Notes under the pieces: generated by a model
The model's input: the letters and a program-made list of their open reading frames with translations, nothing else
What the model was told of the DNA's origin: nothing
The model's database searches: none
Part shown: one piece after another, positions 28,077-37,547 of the stretch
How positions within the stretch are numbered: the first letter of the stretch is position 1
How the letters are laid out: every line of letters starts with the position of its first letter
NCBI GenBank assembly: GCA_964386795.1
Contig: CAYLUE010000005.1
Location: 1-48,058, forward strand
DNA from: an uncultured bacterium
Lineage (GTDB): Bacteria; Fidelibacterota; Marinisomatia; Marinisomatales; TCS55
DNA length: 48,058 bases
Reading direction: 5' to 3'
Made by a program: the position numbers and the translations under genes

Positions 28077-29548
28077 TGAAAACCAGACCACCATTTAAAC
28101 AAGCCTTAACATTTGATGACGTACTGCTCGTTCCGCAGAAATCAAGTATTTTGCCTAATCAAGTTAAATTGAAAACTAAATTAACTCAGAAGATTGATAT
28201 GAATATTCCACTGCTTTCTGCAGCGATGGATACGGTAACAGAAAGTAGCATGGCCCTAGCATTAGCTAGAGAAGGTGGTATTGGGATAATTCATAAGAAT
28301 TTATCAATTGATGATCAGGCATTGATGGTTGACCGTGTTAAGCGCTATGAAAGTGGAATGATTGTGAACCCAATAACCCTATCTAGCGATAAAACAATTA
28401 AGGATGCAAAAGATGTAATGTCGATGTATAAAATCAGCGGATTACCAGTTGTGGAAAACGAAAAACTAATTGGCATTATTACTAATAGAGATATTCGTTT
28501 TGAAACCGATGAGTCTCTTCCTGTAACTGATCGCATGACCACCGAAAAACTAGTAACCGTTCAACAGGGCACAACACTTGAACAAGCAAAAAAAGTTTTG
28601 CAAGAGCATCGAATAGAAAAATTACTTGTTGTTGATAAAGAAGGCAGTCTTGCTGGTCTAATTACCGTTAAAGATATTCAAAAGAAAGAAGATTTCCCTA
28701 ACGCATGTAAAGATAAAAGTGGAAGACTTAGGGTGGGCGCCGCTTTAAGCGTTACGGCAGATTTTTTGGAAAGAGCTCAAGAATTATACTCTAAGGAAGT
28801 AGATGTAATTGTGGTAGATACAGCCCACGGTCACTCTGCTGGAGTGTTACAACAAATAAAAAAAATAAAAAAATCCATGCCAGGTATTCAGATAATCGGT
28901 GGAAACGTTGCAACTGCTGATGGGGCAAAAGCATTAATTGATAGTGGCGCTGATTGTGTTAAAGTTGGAATTGGTGCCGGCGCAAGCTGCACAACCAGAA
29001 TTGTAGCAGGAATTGGTGTTCCACAGTTAACCGCAGTCATGGATTGTGTTGATGAAGCGATAAAGAGCAATATTCCTATAATTGCTGATGGCGGGATTAG
29101 ATATAGTGGAGATATTGCAAAAGCTATAGCCGCTGGCGCTAATACAGTTATGCTTGGAAGTATTCTTGCGGGCATGGATGAAAGCCCAGGTGAATTCATC
29201 CTGTTTGAAGGTCGTCAATATAAATCATATAGAGGAATGGGTTCATTGGGTGCTATGCAGGATGGAGATGGTGCTCGATATTTTCAAAATGATACCGAAC
29301 ATAAAAAGCTTGTACCCGAAGGCATTGAAGGGATAGTTCCATACAGAGGCAGCGTAAAAAATACCATTCATCAGTTAATGGGAGGACTAAGATCTTCCAT
29401 GGGTTATTGCGGAGGTGAAAATATTGTAGATTTTCAGAAAAAAGCTGAATTTATTCAATCAACACAGGCGGGAGTCAGAGAAAGCCATCCCCATGAAGTT
29501 AAAATAACCAAAGAGGCTCCTAACTATCAGATTTCAGATACTAAATAG
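28076..29548 (+). CDS. guaB: IMP dehydrogenase
   Basis: LTFDDVLLVP, a CBS pair, the catalytic loop GIGAGASCTTR, and GGIRYSGDIAKA. The start overlaps the hutH stop (TAATG). Confidence 0.97.
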   Translation: MKTRPPFKQALTFDDVLLVPQKSSILPNQVKLKTKLTQKIDMNIPLLSAAMDTVTESSMALALAREGGIGIIHKNLSIDDQALMVDRVKRYESGMIVNPITLSSDKTIKDAKDVMSMYKISGLPVVENEKLIGIITNRDIRFETDESLPVTDRMTTEKLVTVQQGTTLEQAKKVLQEHRIEKLLVVDKEGSLAGLITVKDIQKKEDFPNACKDKSGRLRVGAALSVTADFLERAQELYSKEVDVIVVDTAHGHSAGVLQQIKKIKKSMPGIQIIGGNVATADGAKALIDSGADCVKVGIGAGASCTTRIVAGIGVPQLTAVMDCVDEAIKSNIPIIADGGIRYSGDIAKAIAAGANTVMLGSILAGMDESPGEFILFEGRQYKSYRGMGSLGAMQDGDGARYFQNDTEHKKLVPEGIEGIVPYRGSVKNTIHQLMGGLRSSMGYCGGENIVDFQKKAEFIQSTQAGVRESHPHEVKITKEAPNYQISDTK

Positions 29549-29550
29549 TT

Positions 29551-29808
29551 TTATTTAGAAAGGGAATTTAAGTGGCGTGTAATTTGAGATTTTCTTCTTG
29601 CGGCAGTATTCTTTTTTAAATGACCCTTACTGACCATTTTATCGATTACGCTCACTGCATTCTTATAAGGCATTTCTGCCTTTGAAAAATCATCTGATAG
29701 CAAAACTTTTTTAATAGCTGTCCTCATATCTGAAAACTTAGCACTATTACTTGCAGCGCGTTTTTTATCTTGACGCTCTCTTTTAATCTGCTGAGGATGT
29801 CTATCCAT
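29551..29808 (-). CDS. rpsT: 30S ribosomal protein S20
   Basis: 85 aa and basic, with S20-like KRERQDKKRAASN...IKK...KGHLKKNTAARRKSQ. Confidence 0.9.
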   Translation of the reverse strand: MDRHPQQIKRERQDKKRAASNSAKFSDMRTAIKKVLLSDDFSKAEMPYKNAVSVIDKMVSKGHLKKNTAARRKSQITRHLNSLSK

Positions 29809-29913
29809 CGTATTCCTTTAAATATTATAAAATTAACACGCGAAATTATCTTATATTTAGGCATAAGACAAAAAGAAAATATATATTAATTTTTATTTAA
29901 ATCTGATGAGTGT

Positions 29914-29929
29914 TGTGATAATCATCACA
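29914..29929. promoter_or_regulatory. perfect CRP-type operator TGTGA-N6-TCACA in the rpsT / crp-like divergent intergenic region
   Basis: TGTGATAATCATCACA read directly from the sequence. Its centre is about 82 bp upstream of the crp-like ATG (30004). It is the only such palindrome I found in the window. Confidence 0.6.
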
Positions 29930-30003
29930 GAAACATTCATAGATAATTAATAAATTTCCTCATTTAGGCTGTTCAATTATTTATATTTATAGTATTTTCT
30001 ACT

Positions 30004-30684
30004 ATGAGTACAGCTCAACATCTTAGAAATGTTCCAATCTTTTCAGATTTAAAAGATACCGACTTAAACATTATTTCTGATAAAATGGTTTCACGCACCT
30101 ATGAAAAAGGGCAAATGATACTACTAGAAGAAAGTCAGGGTGAAACATTTTTTATTATTATAAGTGGAGCAGTTAAAGTTACTCGCCTAAGCGATGATGG
30201 TAGAGAAGTTATTTTAGCAATGCTTGGGGAAAGTGATTTTTTTGGTGAAATGTCATTACTCGATGGGGAAGGTAGATCTGCAAACATAGTTGCTAATGAA
30301 GATGCTGAAGTATTAACTCTTTCGCGTAGTGACTTTTTAGATTGTTTAGAAACATATCCAAAAATTGCAATTGCTCTTTTAGAAGAACTAGCTATACGCT
30401 TAAGAAAAAGTGATCAGCATATTGAAAGCTTGTCATTGAGTGATTCTGAGCACCGAATTGCTATTACGCTAATAAGATTTGCTCAAGAGCTTGGAACGAT
30501 TAAACAAGGTGATGTAAGAATTAAGAACCTACCTTTCCAGCAGGATATTGCAAATATGGCTGGAACATCAAGGGAGACCGTATCTCGCACCCTCAAACTT
30601 TTAGAAGAAAAAAATCTTGTTCAAAAAGACGGAAAAGACCTTATTATTTATAAATTTGACGAATTCCGTCAACTTTTTTCCTAA
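30004..30684 (+). CDS. Crp/Fnr family transcriptional regulator (cNMP-binding type)
   Basis: cNMP pocket FGEMSLLDGEGRSANIVA (Glu and Arg-Ser conserved). The C-terminal HTH has recognition helix SRETVSRTL (CRP-like R-E-x-x-x-R). There is no N-terminal FNR cysteine cluster. Confidence 0.88.
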   Translation: MSTAQHLRNVPIFSDLKDTDLNIISDKMVSRTYEKGQMILLEESQGETFFIIISGAVKVTRLSDDGREVILAMLGESDFFGEMSLLDGEGRSANIVANEDAEVLTLSRSDFLDCLETYPKIAIALLEELAIRLRKSDQHIESLSLSDSEHRIAITLIRFAQELGTIKQGDVRIKNLPFQQDIANMAGTSRETVSRTLKLLEEKNLVQKDGKDLIIYKFDEFRQLFS

Positions 30685-30701
30685 TCAGTTAAACCTAATC
30701 A

Positions 30702-31655
30702 ATGGCTAAACATACCTTGAATGATGTTTTTGACCTCATTTTAAACAATGATCACCGTACTATTTCTAAAGTTATTTCTCAGATAGAATTTGATTTAGAT
30801 ATAAATAATGAATTGCACAATAAACTATATCCGCATACTAAAAATTGTATTAAAATAGGTATTACAGGCCCACCTGGCGCTGGAAAAAGCACATTAACAG
30901 ACAAATTAATAGATAAATATCTTAGCGATAATAAAAGCGTTGGCGTTATAGCCGTAGATCCATCAAGTCCATTTTCTGGGGGTGCTTTACTTGGAGATAG
31001 GGTAAGAATGAATAATTACTTATGGAATGAAAATGTATTTATTAGAAGCATGGGTTCTCAAGGAAACTTAGGCGGTCTAAATAATAAATCCCAAGATGCA
31101 GCTGATATCTTAGCTGCCAGCGGTAAAGATATTGTTATTTATGAAACCGTTGGTGTGGGTCAAGGAGAGCATGATATATCCAAAGCTGCAGATTTGACAA
31201 TAGTCATACTAGTCCCAGAATCTGGAGATGATGTTCAATTGATGAAAGCTGGATTGATTGAGATTGCCGATTTATTCGTTGTAAATAAATCTGATAGGGA
31301 TGGATCTGATCGATTAGTACAGTCTATTAATAATGTACTGCAAATTTTTAAAAATAAAGATAAACATGAACCTCCTGTATTTAAAACATCCGCTGATAGA
31401 GGAGAGGGTATTCAGAGCTTATACAAAGGAATTAATAATTTATTAAATGATAGAGATCGTACAGGTTTATTAAAGCAGAAAAAAATTGAAAGATATAAAG
31501 ATAGAGTCCTGAATTTAGTACAGAATACTTTGATTAATAATTTTTGGACAAACAGTAAGATAGATAAGCTCGAATCAATGATTAGCAAACTTCAAACTTC
31601 TGAAACTGCTCCTTACGAAACTGCAAAATCAATATTAAAAAGCAATCATGAATGA
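30702..31655 (+). CDS. meaB: MeaB/ArgK-type G3E-family GTPase (metallochaperone)
   Basis: Walker A GITGPPGAGKSTL, then VDPSSPFSGGALLGDR, ETVGVGQ and NKSD. Confidence 0.88.
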   Translation: MAKHTLNDVFDLILNNDHRTISKVISQIEFDLDINNELHNKLYPHTKNCIKIGITGPPGAGKSTLTDKLIDKYLSDNKSVGVIAVDPSSPFSGGALLGDRVRMNNYLWNENVFIRSMGSQGNLGGLNNKSQDAADILAASGKDIVIYETVGVGQGEHDISKAADLTIVILVPESGDDVQLMKAGLIEIADLFVVNKSDRDGSDRLVQSINNVLQIFKNKDKHEPPVFKTSADRGEGIQSLYKGINNLLNDRDRTGLLKQKKIERYKDRVLNLVQNTLINNFWTNSKIDKLESMISKLQTSETAPYETAKSILKSNHE

Positions 31656-32376
31656 TAATAAAGATTCAATGCCATTCTTAGACCACCTTGAAGAGCTAAG
31701 ATGGAGGTTGATCAAATCTATTTTATCTATTCTTATAGGTGCGGCTGTATCCTTTTATTTTATTGATATCATTATAGAATTTTTAATTAAACCTACCGAA
31801 GGCTTAAAAAATGCTATGGATCTTCAAGTCTTAAAAGTACAAGGAATGTTTATGATAAAATGGGGAATAGCATTACTTGGGGGTGTTGTTGTTTCCGTTC
31901 CTGTTTTAACATATCAACTTTGGAAGTTTATTGCGCCTGGACTTTATATTGATGAAAAAAAATATATAATCCCCTTAATTCTTTTTACTTTTCTATCCTT
32001 CATTTCTGGGCTGGTTTTCGCTTACATGATCGTAATCCCATTTTCATTGAGTTTTTTTACTTCAGTGGGACTAGAAGGAATAGAAAACAACTTTTCTATT
32101 AATTATTATTTTAATTTTATTACGTGGCTTATGCTGGGTAGCGGTTTAATATTTGAACTTCCAGTTGTTGTTTTTATCTTATCCATCATTGGGTTGCTGA
32201 CACCTGCTTTTATGAGACACTATAGAAGATATGCTATAGTATTGATATTGGTAATCAGCGCTTTTATTACACCACCTGACCCTGTAAGCCTTGTTCTTAT
32301 GTCTATTCCTCTGCTATTGCTTTACGAGATTAGCATTGGCGTTAGTTGGCTAGTAAACAGAAAAAAACATACTTAA
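31648..32376 (+). CDS. tatC: twin-arginine translocase subunit TatC
   Basis: MPFLDHLEELRWRLIKS, six TM segments, and FITPPDP. Confidence 0.93.
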   Translation: MNDNKDSMPFLDHLEELRWRLIKSILSILIGAAVSFYFIDIIIEFLIKPTEGLKNAMDLQVLKVQGMFMIKWGIALLGGVVVSVPVLTYQLWKFIAPGLYIDEKKYIIPLILFTFLSFISGLVFAYMIVIPFSLSFFTSVGLEGIENNFSINYYFNFITWLMLGSGLIFELPVVVFILSIIGLLTPAFMRHYRRYAIVLILVISAFITPPDPVSLVLMSIPLLLLYEISIGVSWLVNRKKHT

Positions 32377-32385
32377 TTTCTTTAC

Positions 32386-33375
32386 ATGAAAAGTGATATA
32401 AAAACACTTAAGCGTATCACCAAACCAATTTTTGATGATATAAAATTATTTGAAGAAGAATTCAAGAACGCTCTTCATTCTGAAGTGCGATTAATTAATA
32501 TGATTGGTAAATACATCATTCACCATAAAGGAAAACATATACGTCCAATTCTAACAATTCTTTCTTCAAGAGTTTGCGGTCAACCAACTCTTAACAGTTA
32601 TCGTGCAGCCGCAATGATAGAGCTCTTACATCTTGCTACTCTTATTCATGATGATGTTGTAGATGAAGCTGATAAACGCAGAGGGTTTCCATCTATTAAT
32701 CAAGTTTGGAAAAATAAAATTGCAGTATTAATGGGTGATTTTATCCTAAGTAAAACCCTAATTAATATGGTTGGGTTAAAAGATTTTGCCGCATTGCAAT
32801 TAATTGCAGATACAGCTGAAAAATTAGCTGCAGGAGAAATACTTCAAATTGAAAAATCCCTTACTCGATCAATGACGGAGGAGGTTTATTATGATATGAT
32901 TTATCAAAAAACAGCATCACTTATTTCTACCTGCTGTGAGCTTGGCGCTATTACATCAACAGGTAAAGATAAAGATAGGCTCGCAATGATAAATTATGGA
33001 ACAAAATTAGGGATGGCATTTCAAGTAAAGGATGATTTATTTGATATTTTAGGTAATGAAAAATCTACTGGTAAAAAAATTGGTGCAGATGTAAAAAGAA
33101 ATATTATTACGCTTCCATTGATCTATGCATATAAAAAAATATCAAAAACTGAGCATAGGCAGGTTAAAAAGATACTAGCTCTAAAGAAAAAAAGCCGTAC
33201 TAATCTCAATGATTTAAAAGAAATAATTGATAGGGTTGGTGGATTTAACTATGCTAAGGAAAAAATATCAGAATTTAACAATCAAGCAATCGATGCCTTA
33301 TCACCCTACCCGGACTCACCATATAAAAAATCTATGGTTGATCTAATTAGTTTTAACGCACAGCGTAAAGGCTAG
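32386..33375 (+). CDS. long-chain polyprenyl diphosphate synthase (IspB-like)
   Basis: First Asp-rich motif LIHDDVVDEADKRRG and second motif FQVKDDLFD. Confidence 0.9.
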   Translation: MKSDIKTLKRITKPIFDDIKLFEEEFKNALHSEVRLINMIGKYIIHHKGKHIRPILTILSSRVCGQPTLNSYRAAAMIELLHLATLIHDDVVDEADKRRGFPSINQVWKNKIAVLMGDFILSKTLINMVGLKDFAALQLIADTAEKLAAGEILQIEKSLTRSMTEEVYYDMIYQKTASLISTCCELGAITSTGKDKDRLAMINYGTKLGMAFQVKDDLFDILGNEKSTGKKIGADVKRNIITLPLIYAYKKISKTEHRQVKKILALKKKSRTNLNDLKEIIDRVGGFNYAKEKISEFNNQAIDALSPYPDSPYKKSMVDLISFNAQRKG

Positions 33376-33382
33376 ACGCCAA

Positions 33383-34414
33383 ATGAAAAGTTCATGGACG
33401 AACCTATTAGTCCTTCGATTTAGCTCAATTGGCGATATAATTCAAACTACCTCTGTTTTAAATACTTTACGAAAATATTATCCAGATATTTCTATTGATT
33501 ATATGACGCTATCTAAATATGCACCCTTGCTATTTGACCATTCAAGTATTGATAAACTGCATTCTTTAGATTCAAATAATAGCTTCAAATCTATCAAATC
33601 TATCAAGGCAATAATTAATCAAAGGAATTTTGATTTAATATTAGACTTACATAATAGTACGCGATCAAAATTCATTCGAGCAATAACAAATCAAATTCAA
33701 TCATTAAATGTTATCAAGCCAAGAGCTAAGCGATTTTCACTTTTTCTTAATCATCATAATAAATTTCCATCAAACTTTAATCAGAAAACCTGGCTTCATA
33801 AACCTATAGAAAAACTTTTACCAGACAAATATAAAATTTCAAAGATAAGTTTGTCAATTTCTGAAGAAGAAAAAACAACATCAAAAATATTATTAAATAA
33901 TAATGGATTAGATAATAATAATTATTTTGTTGTTATCCCTGGAGCCGCTTGGCATCAAAAACAGTGGGGCGTAGATAAATATATTTCATTTATTTACCAG
34001 TGCGCAACAAAGTATGGCTTAACACCAGTTTTATTGGGTTCTAATAAGGACAATGTTTGCAATGAGATAAACCAAGGGTTGACAATAAAATCAATTAATT
34101 TATATGGAAAAACTGATTTAAGACAATCTATGGCCATAATTAGCCAATCAAAACTGTGTGTAGGTAGCGATACAGGTTTTATTTATGCATCTGAAGCTTT
34201 GGGGGTTAATACAATTGCAATATTAGGACCTACTTCAATGGAAACCGGTGCTGGCGTTTTTTCAAAAAATACATTAAACATAGAAGATAAAAATCTTTGG
34301 TGTAGACCATGCTCTCAAAACGGCAGTTTTCCATGCTATAGGGGTAAACAATATTGCATGGAAAATATAACCTCTAAAGATGTATTGGAAAATGTTGAAA
34401 AGATATTGGCATAA
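33383..34414 (+). CDS. glycosyltransferase family 9 (LPS heptosyltransferase-like)
   Basis: LVLRFSSIGDIIQTTSVL at the N-terminus, VIPGAAWHQKQW, and GSDTGFIYASEALG. Confidence 0.85.
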   Translation: MKSSWTNLLVLRFSSIGDIIQTTSVLNTLRKYYPDISIDYMTLSKYAPLLFDHSSIDKLHSLDSNNSFKSIKSIKAIINQRNFDLILDLHNSTRSKFIRAITNQIQSLNVIKPRAKRFSLFLNHHNKFPSNFNQKTWLHKPIEKLLPDKYKISKISLSISEEEKTTSKILLNNNGLDNNNYFVVIPGAAWHQKQWGVDKYISFIYQCATKYGLTPVLLGSNKDNVCNEINQGLTIKSINLYGKTDLRQSMAIISQSKLCVGSDTGFIYASEALGVNTIAILGPTSMETGAGVFSKNTLNIEDKNLWCRPCSQNGSFPCYRGKQYCMENITSKDVLENVEKILA

Positions 34415-34416
34415 CC

Positions 34417-35688
34417 ATGTTTTGGAAGGCATTATATAACTTTCTATTATTTCCTATTTTTTTTATTATAACTTTAATAATTAGCATTTTTAATCGGAAG
34501 ATTTTTAGAGGTATTAAAGGGCGAATAGAATCAAAAAAAATAATAAAAAATTTTATTAACCAAATAGATAGCAATGATCTTTATTGGTTTCATGCAGCTT
34601 CTCTAGGTGAATATGAACAAATCAAACCCGTACTTGCTGGTCTTAAAGAAGTTGAGCCCAGGGCAGTCTTTATTTTGAGCTTCTTCTCACCTTCTGGATA
34701 CGACTATGTTGACGATGATCAAGTCGATTGTAAAATATATTTACCATTTGATTTTAAGTGGACTATAAAAAAATATCTTAACCTAATAAAACCAAAGAAG
34801 CTTATTTTAGCTGGGTATGATGTATGGCCCAATCTTATATGGGTAGCAAAAAAAATGAATATTCATACGGTTCTTTTTGCAGCGCGTTTTTCCAATAGAA
34901 GTTCTAAGCTCTTTCCAGTAATTAGATTATTTTATCAAAATATTTATAACTCATTCAGTGCTATATATACAATTTCCGATAGTGACAATGAGCAATTAAA
35001 TAGGATTATTGGTAATAATAGCAAACCGATCATTCGCACCCTGGGGAATCCTCGATATGATCAAGTAAAAAATAAATCTGACCAATTCACTAAAGAAAGA
35101 ACACTATCTGTTTTACAGAGGCCCAAAAGACTAGTGATGGGCAGTATGCATTTAGATGATGAAAAAAAGTTAAAGCAATCAATAATTAGCATTTTGAAAG
35201 AGATAGATGATCTTTCATTGATTTGGGTACCTCATACGCCATCTGAAAAGAATATTGCCCAAATTGAAAATTATTTTATTTTAAATAATTTCAGCACTGA
35301 ACGATTAGGCGAAAAAAATATTGAAAAAATAAATGCACGAATCATTATTGTTGACTCTATTGGTAAGCTTTCCCAGCTATATTGGCATGCACAAATCGCC
35401 TATATTGGAGGAGGATTTTCATCAGGAGTGCATAATGTAATGGAGCCCGCAATTGCACGACTTCCCGTATTTTTTGGCCCAAACTATAGTAATTTCCACG
35501 AAGCAGAGGAGTTGATCGTGAAGGGTGGCGGTTTTTCTATTGAATCAGGATCAGAATTATTTATCCAGATAAAAAGTCTTTTAAATGATCAATCCAAATT
35601 TATGAACTCTAGCTATTCTTCTACCAATGTCGTGCATGACAATCTTGGCTCATCAACGCGAATCGTTAGGAGCCTTATCCATGACTGA
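34417..35688 (+). CDS. waaA: 3-deoxy-D-manno-octulosonic acid (Kdo) transferase
   Basis: WFHAASLGEYEQIKPVL, then GGGFSSGVHNVMEPA, in an LPS-core context. Confidence 0.9.
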   Translation: MFWKALYNFLLFPIFFIITLIISIFNRKIFRGIKGRIESKKIIKNFINQIDSNDLYWFHAASLGEYEQIKPVLAGLKEVEPRAVFILSFFSPSGYDYVDDDQVDCKIYLPFDFKWTIKKYLNLIKPKKLILAGYDVWPNLIWVAKKMNIHTVLFAARFSNRSSKLFPVIRLFYQNIYNSFSAIYTISDSDNEQLNRIIGNNSKPIIRTLGNPRYDQVKNKSDQFTKERTLSVLQRPKRLVMGSMHLDDEKKLKQSIISILKEIDDLSLIWVPHTPSEKNIAQIENYFILNNFSTERLGEKNIEKINARIIIVDSIGKLSQLYWHAQIAYIGGGFSSGVHNVMEPAIARLPVFFGPNYSNFHEAEELIVKGGGFSIESGSELFIQIKSLLNDQSKFMNSSYSSTNVVHDNLGSSTRIVRSLIHD

Positions 35689-36997
35689 TAACTTTTCATT
35701 TGATATATTATATGAAAAATTTGAAGATAAAATCCATGTTGATTTACCAAAAGGGATAAATATTATTTATGGTGAAAGTGGATCAGGAAAGTCTGAAATA
35801 ATTTATTCTTTATTAAATAAGCCGAGATCAACCTTTAACAATTTTTCTTTAAGAAATATAAAAAATTCTGGAAAAATTCAATTAATCTTTCAAAATCCTG
35901 AAAATCAAATCATATGCCAAAATCTTCAATCAGAGCTATCATTTGGCTTGGAGTCAATATCAATAGATAATATTGACTTAACTGAAGACTTAGAAAAAAT
36001 TAAAGCTTTATTACCGTTTGTTGACAATTGGTTGCGCCACCCCACTACGTTGAGTGGGGGTGAAATGGAAGCGCTAAATATTGTTACTGCTTTTACATCT
36101 GATCATAACGTAATGCTCATAGATGATGGATTGTCTTACCTTAACCCAAATACAAAAAACAAATGGATCAATTGGATAAAAACAAATTATTGCCAAGATA
36201 AAACAATCTTATGGTTTACTTCTGATTACAATGATTTAGCTTTTGGAAAAACAAAATGGGTATTATCGCTTTCAGGTTTGCAAGTATACAAAGATGATCA
36301 ATTTACTTCAACCTATAAACACAATCATAAACATGGATTTCTTTCAATCGAAGCCAAGGAGCTTACATTTGGCTTTCAGGATTCAAATAAAAGAATTATT
36401 AATAATTTAAACCTAAGTCTAGCTAATGCCCGCTCATTAGGAATTATTGGCGAAAATGGTTCAGGAAAAACAACCCTATCGCAATTAATTACCAATTCAA
36501 TTAAGCCTTCATCTGGCTCAATAAAGTTGAATATTTCAAACAACACGCCATCAATTGGCGTATTGAATCAATTTCCAGAGAGAATACTTGGTTCAGATAC
36601 ATTAAATGATTTACTAATGAAGCTCATTAATAACAATAAATTTGACCCATTATTATTAAATAGCTTTATTAAAAAACTTAGCTCCTATCAAATTAATTGG
36701 AATACGATAAAGGATAGGTATGCCAAGGATCTTTCATGGTCCATTGTTCGTATGGTATTAATTATTATATTATCCCAGAGTAATTACGAATTAATTATTC
36801 TGGACGAACCTACTTTTGGCCTTGGATATCAACAAAAAAGAAAGCTAAGCCAATTACTTAAAAGTATTTTAGTAAATAAGCACGTAATTTTGATTTCGCA
36901 TGATATTGATTTTGTAAATGCGCACTGTGATCAAATTATTAATTTTGATAAAAAAAATATATTTCAAAACCAAAAAATCATAACAAATGCAAAATAG
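35681..36997 (+). CDS. fused double-NBD ABC ATPase (ECF/CbiO-like), no transmembrane domain
   Basis: NBD1 has GESGSGKSE, FQNPENQ, LSGGEMEA, and MLIDDG (no catalytic Glu). NBD2 has GENGSGKTT, LNQFPER, a degenerate signature LSWSI, LIILDEPTFGLG and ISHD. The start is set at the ATG at 35681 (8-nt overlap with waaA). Confidence 0.8.
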   Translation: MTDNFSFDILYEKFEDKIHVDLPKGINIIYGESGSGKSEIIYSLLNKPRSTFNNFSLRNIKNSGKIQLIFQNPENQIICQNLQSELSFGLESISIDNIDLTEDLEKIKALLPFVDNWLRHPTTLSGGEMEALNIVTAFTSDHNVMLIDDGLSYLNPNTKNKWINWIKTNYCQDKTILWFTSDYNDLAFGKTKWVLSLSGLQVYKDDQFTSTYKHNHKHGFLSIEAKELTFGFQDSNKRIINNLNLSLANARSLGIIGENGSGKTTLSQLITNSIKPSSGSIKLNISNNTPSIGVLNQFPERILGSDTLNDLLMKLINNNKFDPLLLNSFIKKLSSYQINWNTIKDRYAKDLSWSIVRMVLIIILSQSNYELIILDEPTFGLGYQQKRKLSQLLKSILVNKHVILISHDIDFVNAHCDQIINFDKKNIFQNQKIITNAK

Positions 36998-37547
36998 ATT
37001 AAAGATTTCTGATCCAACTAAAATTGTAACTTTGGCCAATTTTATTAGTTTGCTTAGAGCTGTGCTAGCTGTGCCAATTGTATATACTTTAAGAGACCCT
37101 TCTCTTGGGTCAATTACTCTTTTTCTTATTTTGATTGCTATTTTATCTGATGCCTTAGATGGATGGGTGGCCAGAAAGGCAGATGAGGTTACCTATTTTG
37201 GTCAATGGGTGGATCCTATAGCTGATTTTATTTGTCTTCTGTCTGTTACATTTTATTTAGTTTTATCTGGGCAATTCCCCGCATGGTTTTTCCTCTTTTA
37301 TATATTTAGATATTTAATCATTGCGGTATTTGCTATTTATGCTTTTAATCGAAACCAGTTCTTCTTAAGTGCAAATTGGTGGGGAAAGTGGGCTACCGGA
37401 ATAACAGCTCTTGCACTTTTATTTCATATCTGGCCATGGGAAGCCTTTCCATGGCTAAACGATTTTATTATTTATTTAGCTACAATTCTAATGACCATGA
37501 GCTGGGTTGTATATATAAAAGATTTTTATATACTTTTTAAAAAATAA
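36987..37547 (+). CDS. CDP-alcohol phosphatidyltransferase family protein
   Basis: DALDGWVARKADEVTYFGQWVDPIADF matches D-G-x2-A-R-x8-G-x3-D-x3-D. The protein is polytopic. Confidence 0.88.
   Translation: MQNRLKISDPTKIVTLANFISLLRAVLAVPIVYTLRDPSLGSITLFLILIAILSDALDGWVARKADEVTYFGQWVDPIADFICLLSVTFYLVLSGQFPAWFFLFYIFRYLIIAVFAIYAFNRNQFFLSANWWGKWATGITALALLFHIWPWEAFPWLNDFIIYLATILMTMSWVVYIKDFYILFKK

Noticed and set aside
29541-29558. Small hairpin (CTAAAT-agtttt-ATTTAG) bridging the guaB and rpsT stop codons, as a possible bidirectional terminator.
   Set aside because: The stem is only 6 bp, almost entirely A/T (one C-G pair) and has no flanking U-tract of note. It is too weak to call.
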